Origin: an uncultured virus (IMG/VR IMGVR_UViG_3300024343_000009)
Lineage: Duplodnaviria > Heunggongvirae > Uroviricota > Caudoviricetes
Virus record (IMG/VR): IMGVR_UViG_3300024343_000009
Coordinates: 51,571 to 71,570 of that record
Direction: 5' to 3' (one strand)
Length of the DNA: 20,000 nucleotides
The position numbers were made by a program, and so were the translations under genes. The notes under the pieces were generated by a model. That model was not told where the DNA came from, did no database searches, and saw nothing but the letters and a program-made list of their open reading frames with translations. Each line of letters starts with the position of its first letter. The stretch's first letter is position 1. Shown here piece by piece: positions 7,963-16,165 of this stretch.

Positions 7963-8106
7963 ATGAACACCTATACAGTCAAATTAAATGTAGAGCTAGA
8001 GGTACAAGCCTTTAATGAAACAGATGCAAAAGACTATGTATCAGATATATTCAATGTAGATGAAGAGATTAAGGGTGTCAATATAGTAAAGATTATTCAG
8101 AAATGA
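7963..8106 (+). CDS. 47-aa hypothetical protein (MNTYTVKLNVELEVQAFNE...), not in ORF track
   Basis: TGATATAAT ends 6 nt before ATG; open to TGA 8104-8106. Confidence 0.75.
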   Translation: MNTYTVKLNVELEVQAFNETDAKDYVSDIFNVDEEIKGVNIVKIIQK

Positions 8107-8237
8107 ATAACCCAGATAAAGAAATTACCCCTGCTGATATGCAGCAGATATTTGGATACTTAATAGATCCAGTTATACTAGAGATAGACAAAGAGATAGA
8201 GGATTTAAAAATCCCAGATGGAGATATTTTCTTATAA
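8103..8237 (+). CDS. 44-aa acidic hypothetical protein (MNNPDKEITPADMQQ...), not in ORF track
   Basis: ATGA overlap with the previous ORF; fills the gap. Confidence 0.55.
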   Translation: MNNPDKEITPADMQQIFGYLIDPVILEIDKEIEDLKIPDGDIFL

Positions 8238-8244
8238 AATATCG

Positions 8245-8303
8245 TTGACAGAGCCGTAGTTTTTACTGTATAATAATACATAGAAACTACGGTTTCTGCT
8301 TTT
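8245..8303 (+). promoter_or_regulatory. Consensus promoter embedded in a long inverted repeat (possible terminator)
   Basis: TTGACA 8245-8250, TATAAT 8269-8274; arms 8249-8270 and 8277-8298, then a T-run. Confidence 0.8.
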
Positions 8304-8375
8304 TGGCCCTTAGCTCAGCGGCAGAGCGGGAAGCTGTTAACTTCTAGGTCCCTGGTTCGATCCCAGGAGGGCCAG
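8304..8375 (+). tRNA. tRNA-Asn(GUU)
   Basis: TGGCCCT/AGGGCCA acceptor; GGAAG-CTGTTAA-CTTCT anticodon arm; CCTGG-TTCGATC-CCAGG T arm. Confidence 0.95.
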
Positions 8376-8412
8376 CAAGATCATCTAGGCGGACTTACTA
8401 GATAGGAAAGAA

Positions 8413-8646
8413 ATGCTTAATCTTACACTAAAGGGTGTAGAGGTCTTCATGGAAAGATCAAAGCATAGCAAGCAAGATTCATATTGGGAAAACTATGACT
8501 TACTAATATGGAAAAAAGATCCAGGCGGCTTTACAAATGTAAAGGGAATGTTTCGAAAAGATTCATGGGGTATTACAGAGAGAATACCAGTAAACGAAAA
8601 CGGAATTTGGAAGTTGCCTAAGCATTATGTCAAATATTTTAAATGA
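8413..8646 (+). CDS. Hypothetical protein
   Basis: 77-aa ORF, AGGAAAG upstream, overlaps whiB start. Confidence 0.7.
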   Translation: MLNLTLKGVEVFMERSKHSKQDSYWENYDLLIWKKDPGGFTNVKGMFRKDSWGITERIPVNENGIWKLPKHYVKYFK

Positions 8647-8944
8647 ACTTGGCGTAGATGAAGATGACCTTGACTGGTATCATCTAGCAGCATGCAGAGG
8701 CCTTGATACAAATTTATTTTATGATAAGTATGAAGCTGATCCAAATATAGCAAAGAGCATTGATGAAGCATGCCTTAGTTGTCCAGTTTCAAAAATGTGT
8801 TATGAGTTTGGTGTCAGCAACAGTGAGCAGGGAGTATGGGGCGGAATATATTTAAACACGGGAGAAGTAGACAGGCCAAGAAATGTACATAAGACACAGG
8901 AAGTATGGAAAAGGATAAAGGCTAAAAATGGAATTCATAAATAA
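8627..8944 (+). CDS. whiB: WhiB-family Fe-S transcription factor
   Basis: W-x4-AC...LFY...CLSCPVSKMC...GVWGG: four Cys plus the G[V/I]WGG turn. Confidence 0.93.
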   Translation: MSNILNELGVDEDDLDWYHLAACRGLDTNLFYDKYEADPNIAKSIDEACLSCPVSKMCYEFGVSNSEQGVWGGIYLNTGEVDRPRNVHKTQEVWKRIKAKNGIHK

Positions 8945-9257
8945 AGATAAAGACCATTTTAAACATGGTATAAATCTTTGGAATGGTGAGCCAAATAAGC
9001 CTGTATTTTACACAAAAGAAATGTCATCAAAGATAAGAGAATTAAAAAAGCCAGTACCAGATCTTATGTTGGACATAGTTCAGTACCCAGAGTTTTTAGC
9101 AGTAAGACTATATGAAGATAATTTTGTTCAATATGAAGGAATCAAAAAAGAACAAGTAATAGATTATGTTGGAAAAGTTAAAAAGCTAATCGAATCTTAC
9201 GGAGTAAGATGCGAACTTGAAGGGGTACCAAGTGCGAGAATACTACGAAGTAATTAA
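8928..9257 (+). CDS. Hypothetical protein
   Basis: 109-aa ORF in an overlapping operon. Confidence 0.75.
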   Translation: MEFINKDKDHFKHGINLWNGEPNKPVFYTKEMSSKIRELKKPVPDLMLDIVQYPEFLAVRLYEDNFVQYEGIKKEQVIDYVGKVKKLIESYGVRCELEGVPSARILRSN

Positions 9258-9429
9258 TATAGTCTTTATTCATGAGTTAAGACTATGGGGCACATGTGAC
9301 TCACTTGGCCTATATGCATCAAAAATCAAATACCAAAAAGATGGTATTGAATATGAAGAAATGCTAGATAATGAGGAGTTTACAGTAATGGAAGAAATCG
9401 TTATAGAGCATCAAGAGGAAGATAACTAA
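9232..9429 (+). CDS. Acidic hypothetical protein
   Basis: Likely GTG start at 9232 after GAAGGGG (track start 9217); TAATG coupling to the next gene. Confidence 0.65.
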   Translation: MREYYEVINIVFIHELRLWGTCDSLGLYASKIKYQKDGIEYEEMLDNEEFTVMEEIVIEHQEEDN

Positions 9430-9665
9430 TGGAAAAAATATTGTGCTATTGCTGCAATAAAACAAAAAATAAGCTTAATCTAAAGAAGTCTACATTAATT
9501 CCAATTAATTTATTTATGTGTGAATCATGTATTTCTTCTAAGTTTGAGCCTAGGTGGGTTATTATTTTGGCTGGCAGACAGCTAGGATCTGACTCAGTTA
9601 AAGAGTTTATAATTAAGAAACGGTATTGTGGAGCAGATATTGCTGCATCAGAACTATTAGTTTAA
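9429..9665 (+). CDS. Zinc-finger-like hypothetical protein
   Basis: CYCC and CESC pairs. Confidence 0.75.
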   Translation: MEKILCYCCNKTKNKLNLKKSTLIPINLFMCESCISSKFEPRWVIILAGRQLGSDSVKEFIIKKRYCGADIAASELLV

Positions 9666-9693
9666 AGTTTATTTTAGGGTATAATTAACGTAT

Positions 9694-9990
9694 ATGGATA
9701 CAACTGCCCTAATATTAACTATAGCAGCATCACTATTGAGCGGATTAGCGACAGGTGTAGTTGCTAATTTTAGGGACCACAAAAAAGAAATTAAGCGTAG
9801 GGTTGAGAAAGAACAAGATAACCTTAAGCTTGATTTAAAGGATCTCCAGATTAAATTGTATAAGGTTGAAAAAGACCTAGACGACTGGAAGGCTAAGTAT
9901 TACGAAGCCCTTCAAGAACTAATTGAAGTTAAGGGTGAATTAGAGGAAACTCTAATTAGATTAACACATATCGCTCATCACGAGGACTAG
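9694..9990 (+). CDS. N-terminal TM plus coiled-coil protein
   Basis: Hydrophobic N-terminus and heptad-like Leu pattern; TATAAT 9680-9685 upstream. Confidence 0.75.
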   Translation: MDTTALILTIAASLLSGLATGVVANFRDHKKEIKRRVEKEQDNLKLDLKDLQIKLYKVEKDLDDWKAKYYEALQELIEVKGELEETLIRLTHIAHHED

Positions 9991-10022
9991 CGTTTCGAAT
10001 TTATATTTAGTATACTAGGAAT

Positions 10023-10580
10023 ATGACCTGCATAGTTGCCATTGCCCAAAACGGTGTCGTTTACATGGGATCTGATCACGCCGCCTCAGACGATAAGTCT
10101 GGATGGATACTTTCACGCAAAGAGCCAAAGTGTTTTAAGGTTGGCCAATACGCTGTTGCATTTACTGACTCATTTAGAATGGGGCAGATACTTCAATACA
10201 TGTGGACCCCACCAAAGTATACACCAACAAAAACTAACTCAGGTTTAGATAAGTTTATGAGAACTAAGTTTATTGATTCAGTTAAGACTGCATTTAAAGA
10301 AAACGGATACGGAAGTATTGGGTCATCATCTGAAGAGGACACGGGTGGAATATTTATTGTTGGTTTATGTGGAAGAATTTTTACAATAGACGAAGACTTT
10401 CACGTAGGTGAGAATGTTGTGAATTACATGGCAGAAGGAAGTGGTGGCCAAATAGCTTTAGGAGCATTGCATGCCACAAAACATCAAAAGAACCCTAGAC
10501 TACGCATTAAGGCAGCATTAGAAGCAGCAACTGAATTTAATATGAGCGTGGCAGCCCCCTATACATACATTCAAGTTTAA
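10023..10580 (+). CDS. Ntn-hydrolase protease, HslV/proteasome beta-subunit-like
   Basis: MTCIVAI (Thr nucleophile after Met removal), MGSD, K at the catalytic-like position, EGSGGQIALGAL. Confidence 0.85.
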   Translation: MTCIVAIAQNGVVYMGSDHAASDDKSGWILSRKEPKCFKVGQYAVAFTDSFRMGQILQYMWTPPKYTPTKTNSGLDKFMRTKFIDSVKTAFKENGYGSIGSSSEEDTGGIFIVGLCGRIFTIDEDFHVGENVVNYMAEGSGGQIALGALHATKHQKNPRLRIKAALEAATEFNMSVAAPYTYIQV

Positions 10581-10594
10581 TGTATAATGATACT

Positions 10595-10960
10595 ATGAAG
10601 TGGTTACTACTTGTATCTATATTGGCATGCGTGGCTACCTACTGGGTCATGAAAATAAAAACAAACATTAGCTTATTTCTTGATAACTATGAGATAGCCA
10701 TTATAGACAAAGAAGATGTAGAGCGCACTGGTAGACATACAAACGACATTTTAGAGTTGCGTCCAGAAAGTTATGACAAGTCTATTGATTTGAGAGGTAC
10801 ACCAACTCATTTATGCCCATGTGGATCAAACATATGGAACTTAAAAGTAATCTTTGAAGATTTTGAAATTGCTACATATTTCCTAGATATGGAATGTGTA
10901 AGCTGTGGTAGTGTTGCTACGGCACCTACCCCTGTAGACAGAATGGGAACGGAAGAATGA
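10595..10960 (+). CDS. Membrane-anchored protein with C-terminal zinc ribbon
   Basis: TM MKWLLLVSILACVATYWV; CPCG and CVSCG. ATG 10595 preferred because TATAAT 10583-10588 lies 6 nt upstream; coupled ATG 10580 is also possible. Confidence 0.75.
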   Translation: MKWLLLVSILACVATYWVMKIKTNISLFLDNYEIAIIDKEDVERTGRHTNDILELRPESYDKSIDLRGTPTHLCPCGSNIWNLKVIFEDFEIATYFLDMECVSCGSVATAPTPVDRMGTEE

Positions 10961-11136
10961 GAAAGTCAGAAAGATTAAGACTGCTTGAAATGCAAGTTGT
11001 ACGACTTGAGATGATGGTAGAACTATATACTCAAACACTATCTAATCTATTAGAATCACAAGGGCTATCTGCACCTACACAGCTTGACGCTGGTAAATGG
11101 TACAAGGCAAAACTAGACCAATTAGATAAAGAATAG
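10957..11136 (+). CDS. 59-aa hypothetical protein (MRKSERLRLLEMQVVRLEMMVE...), not in ORF track
   Basis: ATGA overlap; open to TAG 11134-11136. Confidence 0.7.
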   Translation: MRKSERLRLLEMQVVRLEMMVELYTQTLSNLLESQGLSAPTQLDAGKWYKAKLDQLDKE

Positions 11137-11173
11137 GTATTGACATCCTGCTTTTATTTAGTAGAATGTACCT

Positions 11174-12100
11174 ATGAATAAAAAAATAACTACGGCTTTT
11201 GTAGCCTTACTACTTGTTGTTCCAACAGCATCACATGCTGCATTAAAGAACACATCGCTTGAACCAACGTTAGCAATCCTAGATACTGCGATTGACACAT
11301 CCTTGCCATCATTTAAGGGCAAGATTATTCAAGAAGTTTGTCTTTTAGAGCGTGGCCCATGTCCAAATGGTAGCACTTATATGGAGGGTCCAGGGGCTGC
11401 ATCAATGCCTGCTAACTTCATTACTAAAAATGGTTTTGATCACGGTACACAAATGACATACCTTGCTTTAGCAAATAACCCTAACATGAAGGTTTTGTTT
11501 ATTAGAATTATTGGCAACAATCCAGATGGTATCCGTCAGGTTGCAACAGAGGCTGCTGTATATAATGCTTTGCAATGGGTTATTGATAATAAGGATAAGT
11601 ATAATATTAAAGCAGTAACAATGGCACAAGCATCAAGCAACTGGGTTGCTGGATCAGATTATTGCCCAAAGACTCCAATTACTCAATCAAAGATCCAAAC
11701 ACTTGTTGCAAGCAACATTCCAGTATTTTTACCAGCAGGAAATGACTTTAACTATGAAAAGTTGCGTTGGCCTGCTTGCTTGCCAGAATCAATCGCAGTT
11801 GGAGCAACAATGCCAACTAAAGCAGTGGCAGTGTACACAAACTATGATCCAAAACTAATTGATTTCTTTGCACTTGGAACTACAACAACGTATGGTCCAG
11901 GAAATGTAAAGTTACCAATTGCAGGAACATCAGCATCAATTCAAGCTGCTGCTGCATCATGGATTGCTGTATCTTCTGCTAAACCATCTTTAACATACAA
12001 TCAGGTATATGACTTGATTTCTAAAACTTCTACGCCTACAAGTAATTCAAAAATTAAGGGCGGTAAGTTGATTAATCTAGAGGGAGCACTAAATGGCTGA
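11174..12100 (+). CDS. Secreted subtilisin-like serine protease (S8)
   Basis: Signal peptide; ILDTAID (Asp), DHGTQM (His), AGND (oxyanion Asn), AGTSAS (Ser); promoter TTGACA 11140 / TAGAAT 11162. Confidence 0.9.
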   Translation: MNKKITTAFVALLLVVPTASHAALKNTSLEPTLAILDTAIDTSLPSFKGKIIQEVCLLERGPCPNGSTYMEGPGAASMPANFITKNGFDHGTQMTYLALANNPNMKVLFIRIIGNNPDGIRQVATEAAVYNALQWVIDNKDKYNIKAVTMAQASSNWVAGSDYCPKTPITQSKIQTLVASNIPVFLPAGNDFNYEKLRWPACLPESIAVGATMPTKAVAVYTNYDPKLIDFFALGTTTTYGPGNVKLPIAGTSASIQAAAASWIAVSSAKPSLTYNQVYDLISKTSTPTSNSKIKGGKLINLEGALNG

Positions 12101-12305
12101 ACAACAAATGACAATTCTTGAAGGAATTATTTCAGATTTAGGTAATGAGTTGTATCAGAAATGGTATAACGCTGCCGAAGAAGATCAAAAGACAGAAGAG
12201 ATGTCAAAGGCTTTAAGAGAGAATGCTACACAAACTACTCTTTGGGTTATTCAAGAATTTATGAATAGATTCAACGAAGCAGCAGAATCACTAAAGGATA
12301 AGTAA
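12093..12305 (+). CDS. Helical hypothetical protein
   Basis: GAGGGAG SD; overlaps the subtilase stop. Confidence 0.7.
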   Translation: MAEQQMTILEGIISDLGNELYQKWYNAAEEDQKTEEMSKALRENATQTTLWVIQEFMNRFNEAAESLKDK

Positions 12306-12306
12306 T

Positions 12307-12612
12307 TTGATCGTAACAGATAATTCCTTTGGTGAAGTAGTATCAACAAATGATTTAGTTTTGGTTGATTTTTGGGCTGAATGGTGTGGGCCTTGTAAAA
12401 AGCTTTCACCGATCCTGGATGAGATATCAAATGAGACTGGATTACTCGTTGGTAAGTTAAATGTTGATGAGAATCCTAAAAAAATGCAGGAATACTCTGT
12501 ACATTCAATACCAACTATGGTATTATTTAAGTCTGGTCAACCAGTTAAAACGATTGTTGGGGCAAAGCCTAAGCATGTTTTAGTAAAGGAGTTGGCCGAA
12601 TGGATGATCTAG
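12307..12612 (+). CDS. trxA: Thioredoxin
   Basis: DFWAEWCGPCK active site; SIPT cis-Pro motif; TTG start after AAGGA. Confidence 0.95.
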   Translation: MIVTDNSFGEVVSTNDLVLVDFWAEWCGPCKKLSPILDEISNETGLLVGKLNVDENPKKMQEYSVHSIPTMVLFKSGQPVKTIVGAKPKHVLVKELAEWMI

Positions 12613-12803
12613 AATATGATGAAGCCTACACTAACCATGTAGAGTTTGAAATATGGCTTAAAAATGGTTACGATAGAGGCTGGATATCAGATGTATTTTG
12701 TAATACACATGACGGACCACCATTAACAGAAGAAGAAGCACAAGAATGGGATGAAGGCGGAGATCCGTGTTCTTACCATGTAAAAGTAATAGAACTAAAC
12801 TAA
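12600..12803 (+). CDS. Hypothetical protein
   Basis: AAGGAG SD; CNTHDG and DPC motifs. Confidence 0.7.
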   Translation: MDDLEYDEAYTNHVEFEIWLKNGYDRGWISDVFCNTHDGPPLTEEEAQEWDEGGDPCSYHVKVIELN

Positions 12804-12850
12804 TATTCTGCGCTCATCAAGAGGCAGAGGAAATAAGGAGAATAAATTAA

Positions 12851-13978
12851 ATGAACTCATTTAAGAAAATCGCACTAGCCATGGTTGCAGCCATGACTTT
12901 GGGCACAATCGTAGCAACACCTGCAAGTGCTGCTGTAATGACAGTCGCTGTATCGTTGGACGGAACGGCTAATACAACCGCTTCTGCTATTGCTACACCT
13001 GCTGCATTACCAGTCCCTGCAGATAACACAGTTGACGCTGCTGACGCACTAAGGTTCGTCGCAACAGTTGACACAGGAACAAATGTTTCTGTAGTAGCAA
13101 CAAACGCAACAATCGTGTCTGCACTACACACATCTGCTGCACCAGTAGGAGCATCGTCAGGATCAGCATCTTTGACAATTGCAACTGGTACAGGAACAAC
13201 CGCAACATTTTGGGTCTACACAAAGACTACAGCAATTGGAACAGTAACTGTTACAAACCAGGGAACAACCTTTACATACTATGTACAGGGAACTGCTGGT
13301 AAGATTAATAACCTAACAGTAGCTGCACCTGCAACTGGTGCTGCTGGAACAAAGCAGGAAATCACAGTTACAGCAACAGACGTATTTGGAAACAAGGTTT
13401 CTGGAAAGTCTCTTACTGCAACAGTATTTGCTGCAACAGCAACACTTGATACAGCAACAGCTACAACTGGTGCTACACTTTCAGACTTTGGAGTTGCAAA
13501 GTTTAATGCAACACTACCAGCAACTGGATCACGCACACTTATTACATTCGCTCCAACAACATCAACAGATGCAACATCTGCAGACGTAGTTGGTTTGACT
13601 GCTCGCACACTTGCACCGTTTGCAGAAATTGCAGTTCGTGATCTAGTATCAGAACTTGCTGCTGAGAAGGCTGCAAAGGATGCAGCACTTGCTGCTAAGG
13701 CAATTTCAGATGCTGCAGTCGTAAAGGCTGCTGCAGATGCTGCTGCTGCTAAGGTTGCATCAGATGCTGCACTTGCAGCAGAGAAGGCTGCTTCTGCAAA
13801 GGCTCTTGCTGATGCTAAGGCTGCTTCTGACAAGGTTATCCTTGATAAGGATGCACAGATTGCTAAGTTAACAGCAGATAATGCTGCAGCTCTTAAGGCA
13901 ATCAAGGATTCATTTAATGCACTTGCAAAGAAGTGGAATGCAAAGAATCCAAAGGCTAAAGTAACACTTCTTAAGTAA
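12851..13978 (+). CDS. Exported Ala/Thr-rich surface (S-layer/Ig-like) protein
   Basis: Signal peptide ending ASA; Thr/Val beta-rich body; Ala/Lys/Asp coiled-coil; basic C-terminus; TAAGGAG SD. Confidence 0.8.
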   Translation: MNSFKKIALAMVAAMTLGTIVATPASAAVMTVAVSLDGTANTTASAIATPAALPVPADNTVDAADALRFVATVDTGTNVSVVATNATIVSALHTSAAPVGASSGSASLTIATGTGTTATFWVYTKTTAIGTVTVTNQGTTFTYYVQGTAGKINNLTVAAPATGAAGTKQEITVTATDVFGNKVSGKSLTATVFAATATLDTATATTGATLSDFGVAKFNATLPATGSRTLITFAPTTSTDATSADVVGLTARTLAPFAEIAVRDLVSELAAEKAAKDAALAAKAISDAAVVKAAADAAAAKVASDAALAAEKAASAKALADAKAASDKVILDKDAQIAKLTADNAAALKAIKDSFNALAKKWNAKNPKAKVTLLK

Positions 13979-14000
13979 GTGATAGCACTCTAGCAAATGC

Positions 14001-14048
14001 TTTACGAAAGGCTGGGGATAATGTATAATTATGTTATCTCCAGCCTTT
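14001..14048 (+). promoter_or_regulatory. Promoter embedded in a 19-bp hairpin (possible terminator)
   Basis: TTTACG 14001-14006, 17 nt, TATAAT 14024-14029; arms 14007-14025 and 14030-14048. Confidence 0.7.
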
Positions 14049-14068
14049 ACCCTAACAGAAAGAATTAA

Positions 14069-14833
14069 ATGAAAAAAGAAAAAGGACCAATCAATGTATA
14101 CTGGGCTCCAAATTCAGTAGCAGAGGATGACGGTGCTATTGGAAACTGGAATATGCTTTATGAAGATCCAGTAAACGTTTTTAAGTATTGGACTCAGTTT
14201 GATATTAAAAGCAAGACAAAAGAGGGAGACTCTTTTATTAAATGTCCTGCATTTAAAAACCTATCTAAAAATATATATGCTTGGAATTGGCCAATAGACT
14301 CAAGCTACGAATATGAAGCACTTTCTACAGATGTTAATCAGATTAAGATTACTCCATTAACTGAACACTATATAGCCTGCTACCCACCAAGAGACCAAAC
14401 TATGTCAGTTGGTCCAAGTATTGAGTTTTCTTATAGGCTTCATATGTTTGCGGAAGAGCCAGTAGAAGTAATGCTAACTAGCCCATATCTTCAACAAGTT
14501 GAGTATCTAAAGCATGGGTTTTTAACAAGCGGTCAGTTTGATATAGGACAATGGTTTAGAACACTTAATGTTGAGATCCAGCTTGCAGCTAATAAGGGTG
14601 AGCTGCATATTAAAAAAGGTGAGCCAATATTTTATGTTAACTTTTTAACTGATAGAAAAATAAATCTTAAAAGATTTGAGTTGACTAAAGAAATCGATAC
14701 GTATTCAAGAAAATGTATTAATGCCAAACACATGTTTGGGTACAAGATGCCGCTTTCTGAATCGTATGCGATATTTAATAAATCAAGAACAAGAGATATA
14801 TTGTTAAAAAAGATTAAAGAAAATTTAATATAA
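14069..14833 (+). CDS. Hypothetical protein, probably distantly related to 3741..4463
   Basis: FIKCPAF, SGQFDIG and IKKGEPIFYVNF parallel the motifs of 3741..4463. Confidence 0.7.
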   Translation: MKKEKGPINVYWAPNSVAEDDGAIGNWNMLYEDPVNVFKYWTQFDIKSKTKEGDSFIKCPAFKNLSKNIYAWNWPIDSSYEYEALSTDVNQIKITPLTEHYIACYPPRDQTMSVGPSIEFSYRLHMFAEEPVEVMLTSPYLQQVEYLKHGFLTSGQFDIGQWFRTLNVEIQLAANKGELHIKKGEPIFYVNFLTDRKINLKRFELTKEIDTYSRKCINAKHMFGYKMPLSESYAIFNKSRTRDILLKKIKENLI

Positions 14834-14988
14834 TGGACGACCTAGGCTTATACTTAGATGAAAAGCTTAGACGTCAAATAGCTGATGAAATAAGACATTT
14901 AGAACTTCCTCCAGAGTGGAGACCAAGCGAAGTAATAAGATATATAGTTAGGATAATAGAAAAAAATAATGGGCAAACACCTAGATAA
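14833..14988 (+). CDS. 51-aa hypothetical protein (MDDLGLYLDEKLRRQIADEI...), not in ORF track
   Basis: TAATG coupling; open to TAA 14986-14988. Confidence 0.65.
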   Translation: MDDLGLYLDEKLRRQIADEIRHLELPPEWRPSEVIRYIVRIIEKNNGQTPR

Positions 14989-15115
14989 AATACAAAAGGC
15001 GCTAGAGCAGCGCATTGCAGCAACACCAAATGGGGCAGGATACAAGAAGCCTGGGTCTATGAATAAGAAGAAAACAGGATATAGGGGCCAGAAAGCCAAG
15101 GGTCCATCTAAGTAA
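14969..15115 (+). CDS. 48-aa very basic protein (MGKHLDKIQKALEQRIAATPNGAGYKKPGSMNKKK...), not in ORF track
   Basis: Overlapping start; Lys/Gly-rich. Confidence 0.7.
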   Translation: MGKHLDKIQKALEQRIAATPNGAGYKKPGSMNKKKTGYRGQKAKGPSK

Positions 15116-15237
15116 TGTTTAATGATGTATGTGAATTTGGAAACTGCAAGAACAGGGCTACAAGGCTAGCTGCCAAAGCAGAGGGCGGGATCATAGATAT
15201 ATGCGATACCTGCTGGCATGCTAACTACAGATCTTAA
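15115..15237 (+). CDS. 40-aa zinc-finger microprotein (C-x4-C...CDTC), not in ORF track
   Basis: TAATG coupling; four Cys. Confidence 0.7.
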   Translation: MFNDVCEFGNCKNRATRLAAKAEGGIIDICDTCWHANYRS

Positions 15238-15312
15238 TCAACTAAATGCTATAATAGACCTATAGATGGATTTCTAGAACCATCTAAATAACAAACCTAT
15301 AGGAGTAATAAA

Positions 15313-15471
15313 ATGTCAGACGGACAAAATTTAACAGGGTTTAACGAAGTTAAGCCAGTAACAAACACATCATGGAATGGCGAGCAATACGCTGCAGATC
15401 CTGCATCAGCTTTCCCATCAACAGATAAGTCAACACAAGACGGATCTGGCGTTGGAAATAACGGTAAGTAA
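15313..15471 (+). CDS. 52-aa polar, likely disordered protein (MSDGQNLTGFNEVKP...), not in ORF track
   Basis: TGCTATAAT 15247-15255, leader hairpin TAGATGG/CCATCTA, SD AGGAG. Confidence 0.75.
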   Translation: MSDGQNLTGFNEVKPVTNTSWNGEQYAADPASAFPSTDKSTQDGSGVGNNGK

Positions 15472-15473
15472 TA

Positions 15474-15620
15474 ATGTGCATTGAATGTGGATGCAACATA
15501 TTCGGAGTTGCCGATCTTGCGCCAGCAACTATTGTTGATGCGTCAAGAGATGGTGAATCAGGTCTAACTTTAGACATGACATCAACACCAGAGCAGACAA
15601 GACAATTCATTAATGAGTAA
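15474..15620 (+). CDS. 48-aa protein with N-terminal CxxCxC (MCIECGC...), not in ORF track
   Basis: Starts 2 nt after the previous stop. Confidence 0.7.
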   Translation: MCIECGCNIFGVADLAPATIVDASRDGESGLTLDMTSTPEQTRQFINE

Positions 15621-15813
15621 TTTTCAAAAAGAAGATGGAACTGGAATGACTACTCCACCAGCAGCAGGAGCTGCATCGGGTGCAGTAACAAGCAGAGAAA
15701 CCCCTAAGCGTTACCCAAGACAAGGTTTAAAGATTGATACCAATAAGCATGGTATTCGTAGAGAAACAAATCTTAATCAACAACCTAAAAAGGGAAGACC
15801 TAAGAAGGTATAA
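15613..15813 (+). CDS. Basic low-complexity hypothetical protein
   Basis: 66-aa ORF; ends PKKGRPKKV (AT-hook-like GRP). Confidence 0.7.
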   Translation: MSNFQKEDGTGMTTPPAAGAASGAVTSRETPKRYPRQGLKIDTNKHGIRRETNLNQQPKKGRPKKV

Positions 15814-15819
15814 TTAAAT

Positions 15820-15855
15820 AATAATATGGCCTCAGAAATGGGGCCATATTATTTT
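15820..15855 (+). terminator. 15-bp hairpin with GAAA tetraloop, probable intrinsic terminator
   Basis: AATAATATGGCCTCA-GAAA-TGGGGCCATATTATT then TT. Confidence 0.7.
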
Positions 15856-15865
15856 AAGGATTATT

Positions 15866-15955
15866 ATGTGTAAAAATTGTGGTAACTGTTCAGCAGAACA
15901 CGGCGGAAGAACAATAGATGATGCGATAGATGAAACGTTAGACTCATCAATATAA
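15866..15955 (+). CDS. 29-aa Cys microprotein (MCKNCGNCSAEH...), not in ORF track
   Basis: TAAGGA SD; CxxCxxC-x3-H. Confidence 0.6.
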   Translation: MCKNCGNCSAEHGGRTIDDAIDETLDSSI

Positions 15956-15980
15956 ACTTAAATAGGGTATAATTAATCCT

Positions 15981-16124
15981 ATGCTTAATAAAATAATTGT
16001 TGCTATCATGGTTGCATTGCTATCCATCAACCTTTATTCCTGGCATAAATTAACTACAGAAAATCAAAAAGAGATTAAAAGGATAAATTCCGTTCTTGAG
16101 CAATGCAATAATAGCTCAAAGTAA
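15981..16124 (+). CDS. 47-aa single-TM protein, not in ORF track
   Basis: TATAAT 15968-15973 ends 7 nt before ATG; hydrophobic N-terminus. Confidence 0.65.
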   Translation: MLNKIIVAIMVALLSINLYSWHKLTTENQKEIKRINSVLEQCNNSSK

Positions 16125-16165
16125 CCCCTTGTCAGTGCCTGACTTATTTGGTACAATAGTATAGT

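Noticed and set aside
12847..13905. Long antisense ORFs 12847..13131, 12993..13223 and 13279..13905
   Set aside because: Mirror of an Ala/Thr-rich gene with biased codons; no SD or promoter seen.
14899..15610. Minus-strand ORFs 14899..15099 and 15350..15610
   Set aside because: The region is better explained by coupled + strand small ORFs with SD and promoter signals.
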